From a bacterium (GTDB taxonomy: Bacteria; Zhuqueibacterota; Zhuqueibacteria; Residuimicrobiales; Krinioviventaceae), in assembly GCA_963674595.2 (NCBI GenBank), contig CAXXFV010000023.1, positions 736,001 through 800,000 of the forward strand: DNA of 64,000 nucleotides, in the 5' to 3' direction. This document shows, piece by piece, positions 31,039 to 41,135 of the stretch. The notes beneath the pieces were generated by a model. The model did no database searches. It was given only the letters and a program-made list of their open reading frames with translations, and was not told where the DNA came from. Every line of letters begins with the position of its first letter. Position 1 is the first letter of the stretch. A program made the position numbers and the translations under genes.

Positions 31039-32421
31039 ATGGATATAAAAAATATGAATAACAAAACGCCGCATTCCGAGCCTTCAACACCTCTTTCCAA
31101 GCAGAACATCATCAAAAAGATAAAGGATAGAAAAGCCCTCGTTGGTGTCATAGGACTTGGGTACGTAGGATTGCCTTTATGCCGCGAATTTTCCCGCCAG
31201 GCGTGCCATACTCTCGGCTTTGATACTGATCCCCGGAAGATTGAGAAGCTGAAAAACGGGAAAACCTATATTGATCATATTCCTGATTCTGAAATCAGCC
31301 TGATGAATGCCGGGGGTTATTTCGATGCCACCAGCAATTTATCCAGGCTTGTCGAGCCGGATGTAATCCTGATCGCGGTACCTACTCCCCTGGATAAAAT
31401 GCGGCAGCCGGATTTGAAATTCGTAATCAACAGCTGCAGAGAGATCGCCGCAAACATGCGGCACGGACAGCTGATTGTACTGGAATCCACAACGTATCCC
31501 GGCACCACCAGGGAAGTAATGCTTCCAATCCTGGAAGAAGGTTCCGGCCTCAAGGCAGGAACAGATTTTTACCTGGCCTACAGCCCTGAAAGGGAGGATC
31601 CAGGAAGGAGTGATTACAACACCAGGACCATTCCCAAAGTCGTCGGAGGTTACGACCAGGATTCGCTTGATGTTGCGCTTGCAGCCTACAAGCTGGCCAT
31701 AGATAATCCTGTACCCGTTTCCAGTTGCGAAGCAGCTGAAGCCAGCAAAATCCTGGAAAATACTTACAGGAGCATTAATATTGCCCTGGTGAATGAACTA
31801 AAAATGCTTTTCGACCGGATGGGGATCGATATCTGGGAAGTAATAGGTGCGGCATCCACGAAGCCATTTGGATTCAAGGCGTTTTATCCCGGGCCCGGCC
31901 TGGGAGGGCACTGTATTCCCATAGACCCGTTTTACCTGAGCTGGAAGGCCAAGGAATACGGGATACCCACAAGGTTCATCGAACTGGCAGGAGAGATAAA
32001 CATCGCCATGCCGGAATGGGTTGTCAGCAAACTGGCTGACGCTCTCAATAACCAGGGAAAGGCAGTAAAGGGATCACGGATTTTAATCCTCGGCCTGGCC
32101 TATAAACCTGACGTGGATGATGACAGGGAGTCTCCGACCTATAAATTGATGGAGCTGCTGGAGAAAAAAGGGGCGGAGATCGATTATCACGATCCGCATA
32201 TTCCGGAAATACCCCCAACCCGTGAATACCGCGTTTACGCGGGAATTAAATCGGTCGGCCTGACAGGTTCCGTCATCAGTTCCTATGACTGTGTTTTAAT
32301 AAGCACAAATCACAGCTCGGTTGACTACGAGCTTGTTGTTAAAAACGCCAAACTGGTCGTTGACACCAGGAACGCTACTAAGGGAATCAGTGATCCGAAG
32401 AAAAAAATAGTAAAAGCTTAA
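31039..32421 (+). CDS. Nucleotide sugar dehydrogenase (UDP-GlcNAc 6-dehydrogenase, WbpA-like)
   Basis: GLGYVGLPL, ESTTYPGTT, SPEREDPG, GPGLGGHCIPIDP, AYKPDVDDDRESP; start estimated. Confidence 0.9.
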   Translation: MDIKNMNNKTPHSEPSTPLSKQNIIKKIKDRKALVGVIGLGYVGLPLCREFSRQACHTLGFDTDPRKIEKLKNGKTYIDHIPDSEISLMNAGGYFDATSNLSRLVEPDVILIAVPTPLDKMRQPDLKFVINSCREIAANMRHGQLIVLESTTYPGTTREVMLPILEEGSGLKAGTDFYLAYSPEREDPGRSDYNTRTIPKVVGGYDQDSLDVALAAYKLAIDNPVPVSSCEAAEASKILENTYRSINIALVNELKMLFDRMGIDIWEVIGAASTKPFGFKAFYPGPGLGGHCIPIDPFYLSWKAKEYGIPTRFIELAGEINIAMPEWVVSKLADALNNQGKAVKGSRILILGLAYKPDVDDDRESPTYKLMELLEKKGAEIDYHDPHIPEIPPTREYRVYAGIKSVGLTGSVISSYDCVLISTNHSSVDYELVVKNAKLVVDTRNATKGISDPKKKIVKA

Positions 32422-32524
32422 GTAACTTGGATTTCAGGATGCCCTGGAACTTGAAATTCACAAACAGCTTTTTCTGTGTAACCTTATTTCCGATTATTCT
32501 GTCAGTTGAGGAATCAGAGCAGGC

Positions 32525-33331
32525 ATGGCAATTATACGAATAGACATAAAGAGGCTGAAGCGAATAATCCTGCACTATGGGGACCTGATTTACAGCTACA
32601 CCAAAGCCAATCTCCGTGGTGAGGTAGCCCGGAACTTCCTGGGATACGCCTGGTGGAGCCTGGAACCCATGCTGGGCATGCTGGTGTATTACCTGGTTTT
32701 TGCCGTGGGACTGCGTTTAGGAGATGAAAATTTCTTGACATTCCTCCTGGTAGGGACCAGTTTCTGGCTATGGTTCAACAAGACTGTATTGCAGGCATCC
32801 ACCAGTATCACGAAGGCTAAAGGGATCATACTCTCAGCCAAGGTATCCAAAATCGTTTTCCCTCTTTCATCTATCCTGCACACGTCTGTCAAACAGATTG
32901 TAGTAGTGGGGGTACTGCTGGTGTTCCTCCCGATTGCGGGAATCAAGATTTCCATCTACTGGCTGCTGCTCCCCCTAATAATGGCTGTCCAGCTGTTTTT
33001 TATAGCGGGAGTGTCTCTGTCGGCATCGATTATCGTGCCTATTATCCCTGACATGGGTTTCCTGATTGACACCGCTCTCCGCTTGATGTTCTTTGTTTCC
33101 GGGGTCTTGTTCAGCCTTGACAGGATTGGCCCTCCCTACGGCAAGTACCTCTATTATGGTAATCCAATGGCAGGACTGATCACCAATTACCGAAAAATAC
33201 TGCTGGATGGAGAACTCCCGGATTTTCCCTACCTGGCCGGGTGTTTAATTGCATCTGTTTTCCTGTGCCTTATCGCAGGATTCACGCTTCATAAACTGGA
33301 CAAGTATTATCCGAGATGGGTACTCAAATGA
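32525..33331 (+). CDS. wzm: ABC-2 polysaccharide export permease (Wzm/TagG)
   Basis: LGYAWWSLEP, FFVSGVLF, NPMAGLITNYRKILL. Confidence 0.85.
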   Translation: MAIIRIDIKRLKRIILHYGDLIYSYTKANLRGEVARNFLGYAWWSLEPMLGMLVYYLVFAVGLRLGDENFLTFLLVGTSFWLWFNKTVLQASTSITKAKGIILSAKVSKIVFPLSSILHTSVKQIVVVGVLLVFLPIAGIKISIYWLLLPLIMAVQLFFIAGVSLSASIIVPIIPDMGFLIDTALRLMFFVSGVLFSLDRIGPPYGKYLYYGNPMAGLITNYRKILLDGELPDFPYLAGCLIASVFLCLIAGFTLHKLDKYYPRWVLK

Positions 33332-34068
33332 AATCAGAACAGGTACTAATAAGGGCTGAAAATATAAGTATCACCTATAGCATGGGATCCTTCTGGAACA
33401 AAACCAGCTATACCCCGATAGAAGACATGACGTTTGATGTAATTTCGGGGCAGAACCTCGGAATAATAGGACGGAACGGAGCCGGAAAATCCACGCTGCT
33501 CCGTCTCCTGGCCGGGATAATCCTGCCTGACGTCGGCAGGATTATCAAGGGACCTGAAGTTTCAGTAAGTATGCTGGTAGCCAATGCAGGTTTTGATCCT
33601 TTTATTTCAGGCAGGGACAACATATACCTGGCCGGAATGATATTCGGCCTGAGCAGAAAAGACCTTAATGAGAAAATGCCCAGGATTGTGGAATTTGCCG
33701 GCATAGGGGACTGGATTGATAAACCGCTGAAAACCTATTCTTCGGGAATGGCTGCCAGGGTGGGGTTTTCCCTCTCGCTTGAAATGACACCGGATGTCCT
33801 GCTTATTGATGAAGCAATGGGTGCGGGGGATGAAAACTTCCGCAAAAAAGCCCGGACCAGGCTGCTGAAAAAAATCCAGTCTGATCAGACAACAGTTATT
33901 GTCAGCCATGACCTGGACGTCCTGACCGATCTATGTTCCCGCGTGATCTGGATTCATGAAAAACGCATCAGGATGGATGGTGACCCCAAAAAAGTTACTG
34001 AAGCCTACCTTAAAACCACCGGCGGCAAAAAAGAAAACAGGAAAAAAAGTATCCTGAAAGGTGACTAG
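33328..34068 (+). CDS. wzt: Polysaccharide ABC exporter ATPase (Wzt/TagH) lacking a C-terminal CBM
   Basis: GRNGAGKST, YSSGMAARVGF, LLIDE, VSHD; ATG overlaps the wzm stop. Confidence 0.88.
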   Translation: MKSEQVLIRAENISITYSMGSFWNKTSYTPIEDMTFDVISGQNLGIIGRNGAGKSTLLRLLAGIILPDVGRIIKGPEVSVSMLVANAGFDPFISGRDNIYLAGMIFGLSRKDLNEKMPRIVEFAGIGDWIDKPLKTYSSGMAARVGFSLSLEMTPDVLLIDEAMGAGDENFRKKARTRLLKKIQSDQTTVIVSHDLDVLTDLCSRVIWIHEKRIRMDGDPKKVTEAYLKTTGGKKENRKKSILKGD

Positions 34069-34138
34069 CCGGGATTTGTCTTGTTTGGGCAAACTGAAAT
34101 TCCAAATCTTGAACTTCAGACCATGTCCAATGATTCTC

Positions 34139-34196
34139 CATAAGCTGGAAGCTTATGCCACGGCTAACCTTGAATCTTGAGTCTTGAATCTTGAAT
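34139..34196. repeat. REP-like 24-bp repeat (copy 2) followed by a (CTTGAAT)4 array
   Basis: cataagctggaagcttatgccacg at 34139-34162; CTTGAAT CTTGAGT CTTGAAT CTTGAAT at 34169-34196. Confidence 0.8.
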
Positions 34197-34225
34197 TGTG
34201 TGCCTGCGCCCCCGCAGGTACGCGA

Positions 34226-35092
34226 TTATTCCTCCGGACAGACTATATTCAGAGTTTTGGGGTAGAGGCTGAATTCACAGGAGCCTGAAGAGATCAGCTC
34301 CCCGTCCGCCTGGATCGGCAGATCATCCCTTCCCCGGATCCTGAGCTGACTGGTCTTGTAATAAATCACATCACTATGATTAAGATGACTCCCCGTAACG
34401 GAATCGCAGAGAAGGCGTCCCAGCCTGACAATACTGTCTGATGTAAAGAGGCAGACATCCAGCTCTGGAGAAAAAATACTGGCCTTCGGAGCAATCTTGA
34501 AAAATTTTCCGTAAGAACTGCTATTAGAAACCACGGCCATGGTAACCAGTCCGGAATATCCATCCGATTCGATCTCAAACGGTGTCATATTATACTCAGA
34601 ACCCCTGGTTATAGCCGTAACACCGAAGGAGAGAACTCCCAGGTATTTCTTGAGGTAGGCAGGAACACTGGCAATGATATGCCCATCAATACCGGCACTG
34701 GCCATTAGGTGAAACGGACGATTTCCGGCTGAGCCCAGGTACATTTCCCTGACCCTGCATTTTTCCAGCATCATCAGGTCCTCAAAAAGGAAATAAGGCA
34801 TATTCAGCTCATGGACCAGGACATTGGCGGTTCCCCCGGGAAGAAGCATAACCGGGATGCCCCATTCAGTAACTTCAGGAAGCAGGTAATGGAGGGTCCC
34901 GTCACCGCCATAAATTATCAGGAGATCCCGATCCGGAAAACGATCTGCATAGCCAGGCTTGCCGGTATACTCCACCTCAATGTCAAGACCAGATCTCCGC
35001 AGCACATTTAGAACAAAATTCAGCCGCAGGAACTGAATCTCCCTGTTCCCGGCAAGCGGATTATGAAGCAGGAGCGCTTTGCTGAATTTCAT
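34226..35092 (-). CDS. Diacylglycerol/lipid kinase family protein (YegS/DagK)
   Basis: NPLAG, GGDGT, PGGTANV, QADGE. Confidence 0.87.
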   Translation of the reverse strand: MKFSKALLLHNPLAGNREIQFLRLNFVLNVLRRSGLDIEVEYTGKPGYADRFPDRDLLIIYGGDGTLHYLLPEVTEWGIPVMLLPGGTANVLVHELNMPYFLFEDLMMLEKCRVREMYLGSAGNRPFHLMASAGIDGHIIASVPAYLKKYLGVLSFGVTAITRGSEYNMTPFEIESDGYSGLVTMAVVSNSSSYGKFFKIAPKASIFSPELDVCLFTSDSIVRLGRLLCDSVTGSHLNHSDVIYYKTSQLRIRGRDDLPIQADGELISSGSCEFSLYPKTLNIVCPEE

Positions 35093-35177
35093 CTGAACCT
35101 GAATTCTTCTTTGAATGAAAACCGGAGCCCGTATCTATCGAAATACGGCTAATCCCGGTACCGTCCAGAACGAACTG

Positions 35178-36488
35178 CTATCTTGCCGCGGTTGCGGTAA
35201 CATTTCTATCTACTTCACCATCAGCATCCGCCATCAGAAGTTTTTTGTCCTCCTGGTTCAGCCTTTCGAGAAAAGCATCCCTGAAAGCGATGTAGGCAGG
35301 CATCACTGAGGCGCTGACCCCTGTTTCAGAAGGCAGGGCGATCATTTTCCTGGGATTAAGCCACTTTCCCCGGTTGTCCTGAATCCTGTAATCAAGATGC
35401 GGGCCGGTTGCCGAACCAGTCATACCGACCAGTCCAATACGCTGTCCCTGCGATACACTTTGGCCGGCATTTACCAGCATTTTGGATAGATGCAGGTAGT
35501 AGGTGTGGAAACCATTCGTATGGCGAAGTTTTATAAAATTACCGTTGGCCCCCTTATAATGAGCCTCTACAACTCGCCCGCTGGCTGATGCCAGGACAGG
35601 CGTACCCTTTGGAGCAGCGTAGTCTACCCCGTAATGGGGCATCCTAACCTTGTGAATAGGATGAAGCCGGGAACTTGAAAAATTCGAGCTGATCCTGTGA
35701 TCATATTTAAATGGCGCTTTCAGGAAGGCCTTTTTCACGCCTTTTCCATCATAATCGAAATAACTGCTTTTCCCGGTTTCAGGGTTCATGAAGAGAAACC
35801 CGTAAAAATCCTTGCCGCCATTATGAAAACTGATCGCCTTTACCTGTCCGTATCCCAGAAACTCACCTTCACAAAATTTCTTCTCCAGGATTACCTTGAA
35901 TGTATCTCCGGGCTGAAGCGCAAAAAAATCGACGTCCCATTGCATTGGCTCATAAATGGACATCACCAGCTCTCCGCTCTCTCCGCGGGAAATAATCGTA
36001 TCCCACAAGCTGGTGCGGATTTCCCCTTGTATTAATTCTTCCCTGATCTCTACCGGGCGATCTACTTTTAACGCCTGGAAGCCTGTATCATTGCGAATAA
36101 CTGCCACATACTCTTCCCTGCTGACGTTGTAGATGAAGCGGCGGAACCTGCCGTCTGCGTATTTTTCCAGTGAATAGGTGGCATCTGATTTCACCTTGTT
36201 GAAGTCATAAACATCCTTTGAATCTGCAACCAGGTAATGCAGCTCCTGGGGAGTGAATCCATTTCCCAGCAAAACATCCCGTAAATTTGAATCCCTTCCA
36301 AACGCCCCTGTAGATCGGACTACCTTAAACGCGTCAGGAACTGGAGGGCCCATCACTAGCTCTGGTTCCGCAGGCTCTTCCTGGACTTCTCTTCCCGTTA
36401 CGGAATACCAGGTCACCAGGAGCAGCGCGGTGACGATAAAAATACCGGCTACCAGAAACAAACTTGATTTTCTGTCCAGCAATTTCAT
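35178..36488 (-). CDS. M23 family peptidoglycan DD-metalloendopeptidase (MepM-like)
   Basis: N-terminal TM; HYGVDYAAP (HxxxD), YLHLS, ATGPHLDY. Confidence 0.88.
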   Translation of the reverse strand: MKLLDRKSSLFLVAGIFIVTALLLVTWYSVTGREVQEEPAEPELVMGPPVPDAFKVVRSTGAFGRDSNLRDVLLGNGFTPQELHYLVADSKDVYDFNKVKSDATYSLEKYADGRFRRFIYNVSREEYVAVIRNDTGFQALKVDRPVEIREELIQGEIRTSLWDTIISRGESGELVMSIYEPMQWDVDFFALQPGDTFKVILEKKFCEGEFLGYGQVKAISFHNGGKDFYGFLFMNPETGKSSYFDYDGKGVKKAFLKAPFKYDHRISSNFSSSRLHPIHKVRMPHYGVDYAAPKGTPVLASASGRVVEAHYKGANGNFIKLRHTNGFHTYYLHLSKMLVNAGQSVSQGQRIGLVGMTGSATGPHLDYRIQDNRGKWLNPRKMIALPSETGVSASVMPAYIAFRDAFLERLNQEDKKLLMADADGEVDRNVTATAAR

Positions 36489-36490
36489 GT

Positions 36491-37009
36491 TCAGGAATCC
36501 CTCTGTTTCTTTTTATTACCGTTTTTTTTGAGTTTTTCCAGAATCTTCTGTTCTACAAAATCAGGAACAAGCCCCTCCACCGATCCTCCAAGCGCCACAA
36601 CCTCCTTCACCTGGCTGGAACTCAGGTAGGTATACTCAGAGGAAGGCATCAGGAAGATTGTTTCAACTTCTCTCTCCAGTCGCCGGTTCATCAGCGCCAG
36701 CTGAAACTCATAATCAAAATCTGTCACTGCCCGCAGGCCTCTTATGACAACACCGGCTTTCTTCTCCTTGGCAAAATTAACCAGAAGGCCGTCAAAACGT
36801 GCCACCTCAACATTGTCAAACGGTTTGATAGCCAGGGCCAGCATTTCAGCCCTCTCGGCCGCACTAAAAAAAGGATCCTTTCGTTCATTTTTAAGTACAG
36901 CTACAATAACCTTGCTGAAAATCCGGCTTCCCCTCTGGATTATGTCCAAATGCCCGTTGGTAACAGGATCAAATGAACCTGGATAGATTGCGACACCCGC
37001 TTTATTCAT
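36491..37009 (-). CDS. coaD: Pantetheine-phosphate adenylyltransferase
   Basis: YPGSFDPVTNGHLDII, RGLRAVTDFDYE, LSSSQVKE. Confidence 0.96.
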   Translation of the reverse strand: MNKAGVAIYPGSFDPVTNGHLDIIQRGSRIFSKVIVAVLKNERKDPFFSAAERAEMLALAIKPFDNVEVARFDGLLVNFAKEKKAGVVIRGLRAVTDFDYEFQLALMNRRLEREVETIFLMPSSEYTYLSSSQVKEVVALGGSVEGLVPDFVEQKILEKLKKNGNKKKQRDS

Positions 37010-37241
37010 ATTTTTACTTTTTCCCTGCTCCGCCAGTTAACGGCTACTTGCACAATTTATACTTGAGAGGTTCTCTGTCACAGAGCCTGTATCCGCAGGC
37101 TTACCGATCTATTATAACCATTCTCTCTGTAACCTGAATTATTTTCGAACCGTGATCTGCCAAGCCCGCTTAAAAAAACCTTGACGGAGATATAATCTGC
37201 TGAGAGAATTTAAATGCTCACCCGGTATTCTTCAGGGGCTA

Positions 37242-37883
37242 TTGTGCCCGAACGCCTCTATTACGACAAAACGTATTTTTGTGCTTAGAGATAAGGTTTG
37301 GGAAGAAAATCAACGTCTCTTCCGATCAATTGTTTTTGCTATTGTCAGAAACCCGGCTGACATTGAAGACGTCCTCCAGGAAACATACCGGAGAATCCTT
37401 AAAACACCCTCCCAAATAACCAGTCGGGAAGAAGCGTTTTATTACCTCAAAAAAAGTGTCCGGAACACGGCTATCGACTGGAACAGGAAGTCATTCAGGA
37501 GAAACCTCACGGTCAAGGAACAGGTTTCAGACTACGACAGGCTGGAAGAATTACATTCATCAGGAGACAGTCCACTTTCTCAACTGCTGGAAGAAGAGAG
37601 AAAACAGTCTTACGCTGATTTCATCAGTGAAGTGTACCTAGCCATGGATGAACTCCCTGAAAAGCAGCGAGAGGCGGTAAAAGCATTTTTCTCGGTTAGG
37701 GGCGCTCCGTCTCCGAAAGAACTCTGCGCTATTAAAAACATTCCCTATTCAACGCTGCGGAGCAGGATGGTCAAAGGGATCGACTCAATCAGGGACATCC
37801 TGTCTAAAAAAAATATACCCGGTTTCGCTAAAGCCATTTCTGAAACGTTATTAAAGAAAACAGAAAAGAGCGCAGTTAAATGA
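37242..37883 (+). CDS. ECF (sigma-70 group 4) sigma factor
   Basis: Region 2 DIEDVLQETY...NTAIDWNRK; region 4 ELPEKQREAV...IPYSTLRSRM. Confidence 0.82.
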   Translation: MCPNASITTKRIFVLRDKVWEENQRLFRSIVFAIVRNPADIEDVLQETYRRILKTPSQITSREEAFYYLKKSVRNTAIDWNRKSFRRNLTVKEQVSDYDRLEELHSSGDSPLSQLLEEERKQSYADFISEVYLAMDELPEKQREAVKAFFSVRGAPSPKELCAIKNIPYSTLRSRMVKGIDSIRDILSKKNIPGFAKAISETLLKKTEKSAVK

Positions 37884-38563
37884 AATGTACTGATATTTTG
37901 CTTTACGAGTATCTCTCCGGCAATTTAAATCCGGAAGAGGCAGAAAAAACAGCCGCGCACCTGGAGGAGTGCCCGGAATGCAGGGAGAAATTCAAAATCA
38001 TGGTAGCCCTGGACAATCCGCGGATGCCGTCCCTGCAAAAAAAATCGAACAGGTTCATCCCTGCCGGGAGAAATCTGCGACTCGCTGCTGCCGGGCTGCT
38101 CCTGGCTGTTGTCCTTTCCATTTTGTACAGCCAGCTTCCAACTGACTGCGGTTTTCCGGCCAGCAGTACCCTGGCAACCAGCCAGCCCTATCCCCTGGTT
38201 ATGCTGGAGACCAGGAACAGCAGCGGGGCCGGTCTCACCAGGGGACTCCATCTTTACCGGGAGGGGAGCTATCGGGAGGCTCTGGCCGAACTGGAGCAAT
38301 ATGAAGAAAACCATGACGCCCTGTTCTTTTCTGCCATATCCCTGTACATGCTTGATGAACCGGTAAAAGCTTTAGAAAAGTTAAAACGGCTAGCCGTAGT
38401 TTCTGAAAAATGGGCTTTCGCTGCTGACTGGTACCGTTCCCAGTCCCTGCTGAAGCTTGGGAAAACCGACGAAGCAGTTTCTGTTCTGAAAAAAATCTCC
38501 GAAACCGAAAACCAATACCGAAAGCAGGCACTTGAACTTATAAAAAAACTGGAAGAACAATGA
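37880..38563 (+). CDS. Zinc-finger (zf-HC2/ZAS) anti-sigma factor with TM and C-terminal TPR-like helices
   Basis: HLEECPEC (HxxxCxxC), TM LAAAGLLLAVVLSIL, TPR-like C-terminus; 4-bp overlap with the sigma gene. Confidence 0.8.
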   Translation: MKCTDILLYEYLSGNLNPEEAEKTAAHLEECPECREKFKIMVALDNPRMPSLQKKSNRFIPAGRNLRLAAAGLLLAVVLSILYSQLPTDCGFPASSTLATSQPYPLVMLETRNSSGAGLTRGLHLYREGSYREALAELEQYEENHDALFFSAISLYMLDEPVKALEKLKRLAVVSEKWAFAADWYRSQSLLKLGKTDEAVSVLKKISETENQYRKQALELIKKLEEQ

Positions 38564-41091
38564 CAGGGGAAAATTTCTTGCTGTTTCTCGCCGTTTCAAT
38601 TCTACTCTTGTCCGGGTTTTGCCTGGCCGGAGAATCTGAAATATGCAGTTTCAGGAACGACCCTCTCTGTTTCCACGAAAACATGAGAAGAAGAGCAATG
38701 GAAGGGATGGACAACCGGGCCGTGCTGGAGAATCTCCATACCGAGTTCCTGGAACACTCCTTTGATGGGCTGTTAAAAAGCCACCCCAAAGGGAACGCAG
38801 GATTTATTCTCCTTTACAGTGCCTGGGTTCGCTGGAATGAATCCAGGCAAGACGAAGCACTGCAGTACTACACTATAGCCAGGCGGGTATTCCGGGAGGC
38901 GGGCATGGCAAGCGAGTCCCGTTTCTGCCTTTATTACATGGCTCGGATTGCCGCTGAACAGGAAAAGTTTTCGGAAAGTATAAACCTTCTGAAACAGGCT
39001 CTTGCTGAAGGAACAGCAGTCAACGCGCCTTACCTGGAAGGCCTGGTTAATGAAAGCCTGGGTTACGCGTTATGGTATATGGACAGGCTGCCGGAGAGCG
39101 CGGAATCCTTCGGCAGATCGGCTGAGCTGTGGCTCCGGATCGGGTATAAACCAGGAATGGTCAACTGCTGGAGCAACCTCGGTTTGCTTTTCCAGGAACT
39201 GGACCTGCCGGACCAGGCCTGGAGAGCATATGAAAACGCCATCAATTGCCTGCAGGAAGATACCTTCCCGGAAATCAAGTTCCTCCTTTATCGCAACTGC
39301 GCCCTATTCCATTATCGTAATAATCACCAGGAACTTGCTTCTTACTACCTCCTCAACTGCCGGGAATTCAGGGAGTGTGATGAAACTCTCTATATCCTTG
39401 CCAAAGCTGAAATACTGGAACAGCCTGAGCTGCTTATTTCCTTGAATCCCGAGATTCCATCCATGGTTTTTATCAGGGACCTCCTCCTTGCCAAGTTTCA
39501 AAAAAAAGAGGGCAATATCAGTGAGGCCATCGGCCTGATCAGGAAGGTAATAAAAGAAAGCCAGTCATTAAACATGCCGAGGCATACCCGGGAGGCGCGC
39601 CTTTCGCTGGCGGAAATCATGGTAGAGCATGGATCAGCGGATGAAGCAAGGAAGCTATTCCAGCAGTCCCTGAATGAGAGTACCTACCTCAACAGTATAG
39701 ATATTCTCCTCCCCTTTTCCAATTCATCAGAGCGGCAGTTGAATGGCCTGATACGCTGCCTGGTCAGAAGCGGAAAGATACGCGAGGCCCGGTCTTCCAT
39801 ACAGGAGGCAGCATCACTCAAAACCCGAAAAGGCAGACTGTTTCTTCGCAGCCTGAAGAACCAGTCCAAGTCCGATTCAAACAGGCTCCTCAACAGGGCG
39901 GTAATGAAAATGGAAGGGAAAACTGATTTCAAGCTCGGTCTTACCTCCGAACCTGTGTGCCCGCCTGCTGGTGTCACTATGATAGAGTTCTGGCCTGATG
40001 GGAAAGAATTATTTGTGTGGATTGACAATCCCCGCAGTCATTACTTTCTGCAGCTGGAGCTGAATGACTGGATCGGGGATATCATTCGCAGGCTAACATC
40101 TTCTCTCTATTCCCAGGAACCCTTCCTTCCCCCTGAACCTTCCGGTGAAATTTCAATAAGTCTTTACCGTCAACTATTCCAGCCGATGGAACATCTCATT
40201 GCAAATAAACGACTCCTGCTAATAGCCCATAAAGAGCTGCAGTCCCTGCCTTTTGAAATGCTGCAGCCATGCCCGGGTAATTACCTCCTGGAAAAATACA
40301 CCTTCAGTTACCTTCCGGGACGGCATTACCATTGCCGGACTGAGGAAATAACCCAGCCGCCTCTGCTGATCCAGCCTTCCGGATTCAGCAGCAGGGCGGG
40401 AGCTGCCGGGGAACTTGAATTCCTGCAGTCGATCCACCCTGGCCTTAAAACACTGGAGTCTCTTGATATCAGGACTCCCTTGACCGCCAGCCTGATCCAT
40501 ATAACATCACATCTAAAACTGGACCGTAGGTACTGGCTCAATTCCGCCCTTGCCAGCGAAAATTACTCAAAATCAATGGCTGATCTATTTAAACAGGAGA
40601 TGAGATGCAACCTGCTCTCCCTGGGTGTCTGCGAATCTGCCAATTCAGCTACCTCGGCTTCCCCTTACTGGATGGGATTTTCAGAAATGTTCATGCTAAA
40701 CGGAGCAAATACCCTCCTGACCAGTAGATGGAGGATGGACGAACTTTCATCTCATATCTACACTGAATTTTTTAAATTGTGCAGGGATGGTATGGCCATG
40801 GATGAGGCTCTCAGGAAATCCAGGTTAAAATTCCTGAAACCGGAGAAATATGGATTGCCGCCACAGGCCGCTCACCCCTTCTACTGGGCCGGAATCACGT
40901 ACGTCGGAGAACCGGGAAGGATGCTTTCTTTCCCCGTAAAGAATAAAAACAGTGCAGGTATTGTCCCGGTTATCTTTTGGTTAACCCTGCTGGCGGCTGC
41001 CCTATTCAGGGATAAGTGGGCTTTTTGTGCCAGGAGGATATTAGGCGCATTGAAGGCAATGCAAGATTCAAGAGTCAAGATTCAAGATTAG
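38560..41091 (+). CDS. TPR-CHAT (caspase-like) protease with signal peptide and C-terminal TM
   Basis: LQSLPFEML, IHITSH (His), SLGVCES (Cys), GANTLLTSRW, HPFYWAG; N-terminal TPRs. Confidence 0.82.
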   Translation: MTGENFLLFLAVSILLLSGFCLAGESEICSFRNDPLCFHENMRRRAMEGMDNRAVLENLHTEFLEHSFDGLLKSHPKGNAGFILLYSAWVRWNESRQDEALQYYTIARRVFREAGMASESRFCLYYMARIAAEQEKFSESINLLKQALAEGTAVNAPYLEGLVNESLGYALWYMDRLPESAESFGRSAELWLRIGYKPGMVNCWSNLGLLFQELDLPDQAWRAYENAINCLQEDTFPEIKFLLYRNCALFHYRNNHQELASYYLLNCREFRECDETLYILAKAEILEQPELLISLNPEIPSMVFIRDLLLAKFQKKEGNISEAIGLIRKVIKESQSLNMPRHTREARLSLAEIMVEHGSADEARKLFQQSLNESTYLNSIDILLPFSNSSERQLNGLIRCLVRSGKIREARSSIQEAASLKTRKGRLFLRSLKNQSKSDSNRLLNRAVMKMEGKTDFKLGLTSEPVCPPAGVTMIEFWPDGKELFVWIDNPRSHYFLQLELNDWIGDIIRRLTSSLYSQEPFLPPEPSGEISISLYRQLFQPMEHLIANKRLLLIAHKELQSLPFEMLQPCPGNYLLEKYTFSYLPGRHYHCRTEEITQPPLLIQPSGFSSRAGAAGELEFLQSIHPGLKTLESLDIRTPLTASLIHITSHLKLDRRYWLNSALASENYSKSMADLFKQEMRCNLLSLGVCESANSATSASPYWMGFSEMFMLNGANTLLTSRWRMDELSSHIYTEFFKLCRDGMAMDEALRKSRLKFLKPEKYGLPPQAAHPFYWAGITYVGEPGRMLSFPVKNKNSAGIVPVIFWLTLLAAALFRDKWAFCARRILGALKAMQDSRVKIQD
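41062..41089. repeat. (CAAGATT)4 heptamer array at the end of the CHAT gene
   Basis: caagattcaagagtcaagattcaagatt. Confidence 0.8.
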
Positions 41092-41135
41092 GGGAGGAGG
41101 TGGAGCAGGAGAAATCAGGAGCTGATTCCGGAACC

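Noticed and set aside
37180-37200. TTGACG and TATAAT upstream of the ECF gene as a sigma-70 promoter
   Set aside because: The two boxes are only about 4 bp apart, which is incompatible with -35/-10 spacing.
38560-41091. Type III-E CRISPR Craspase locus
   Set aside because: No Cas7-11, Csx30/31 or array; the CHAT protein appears exported and membrane-anchored.
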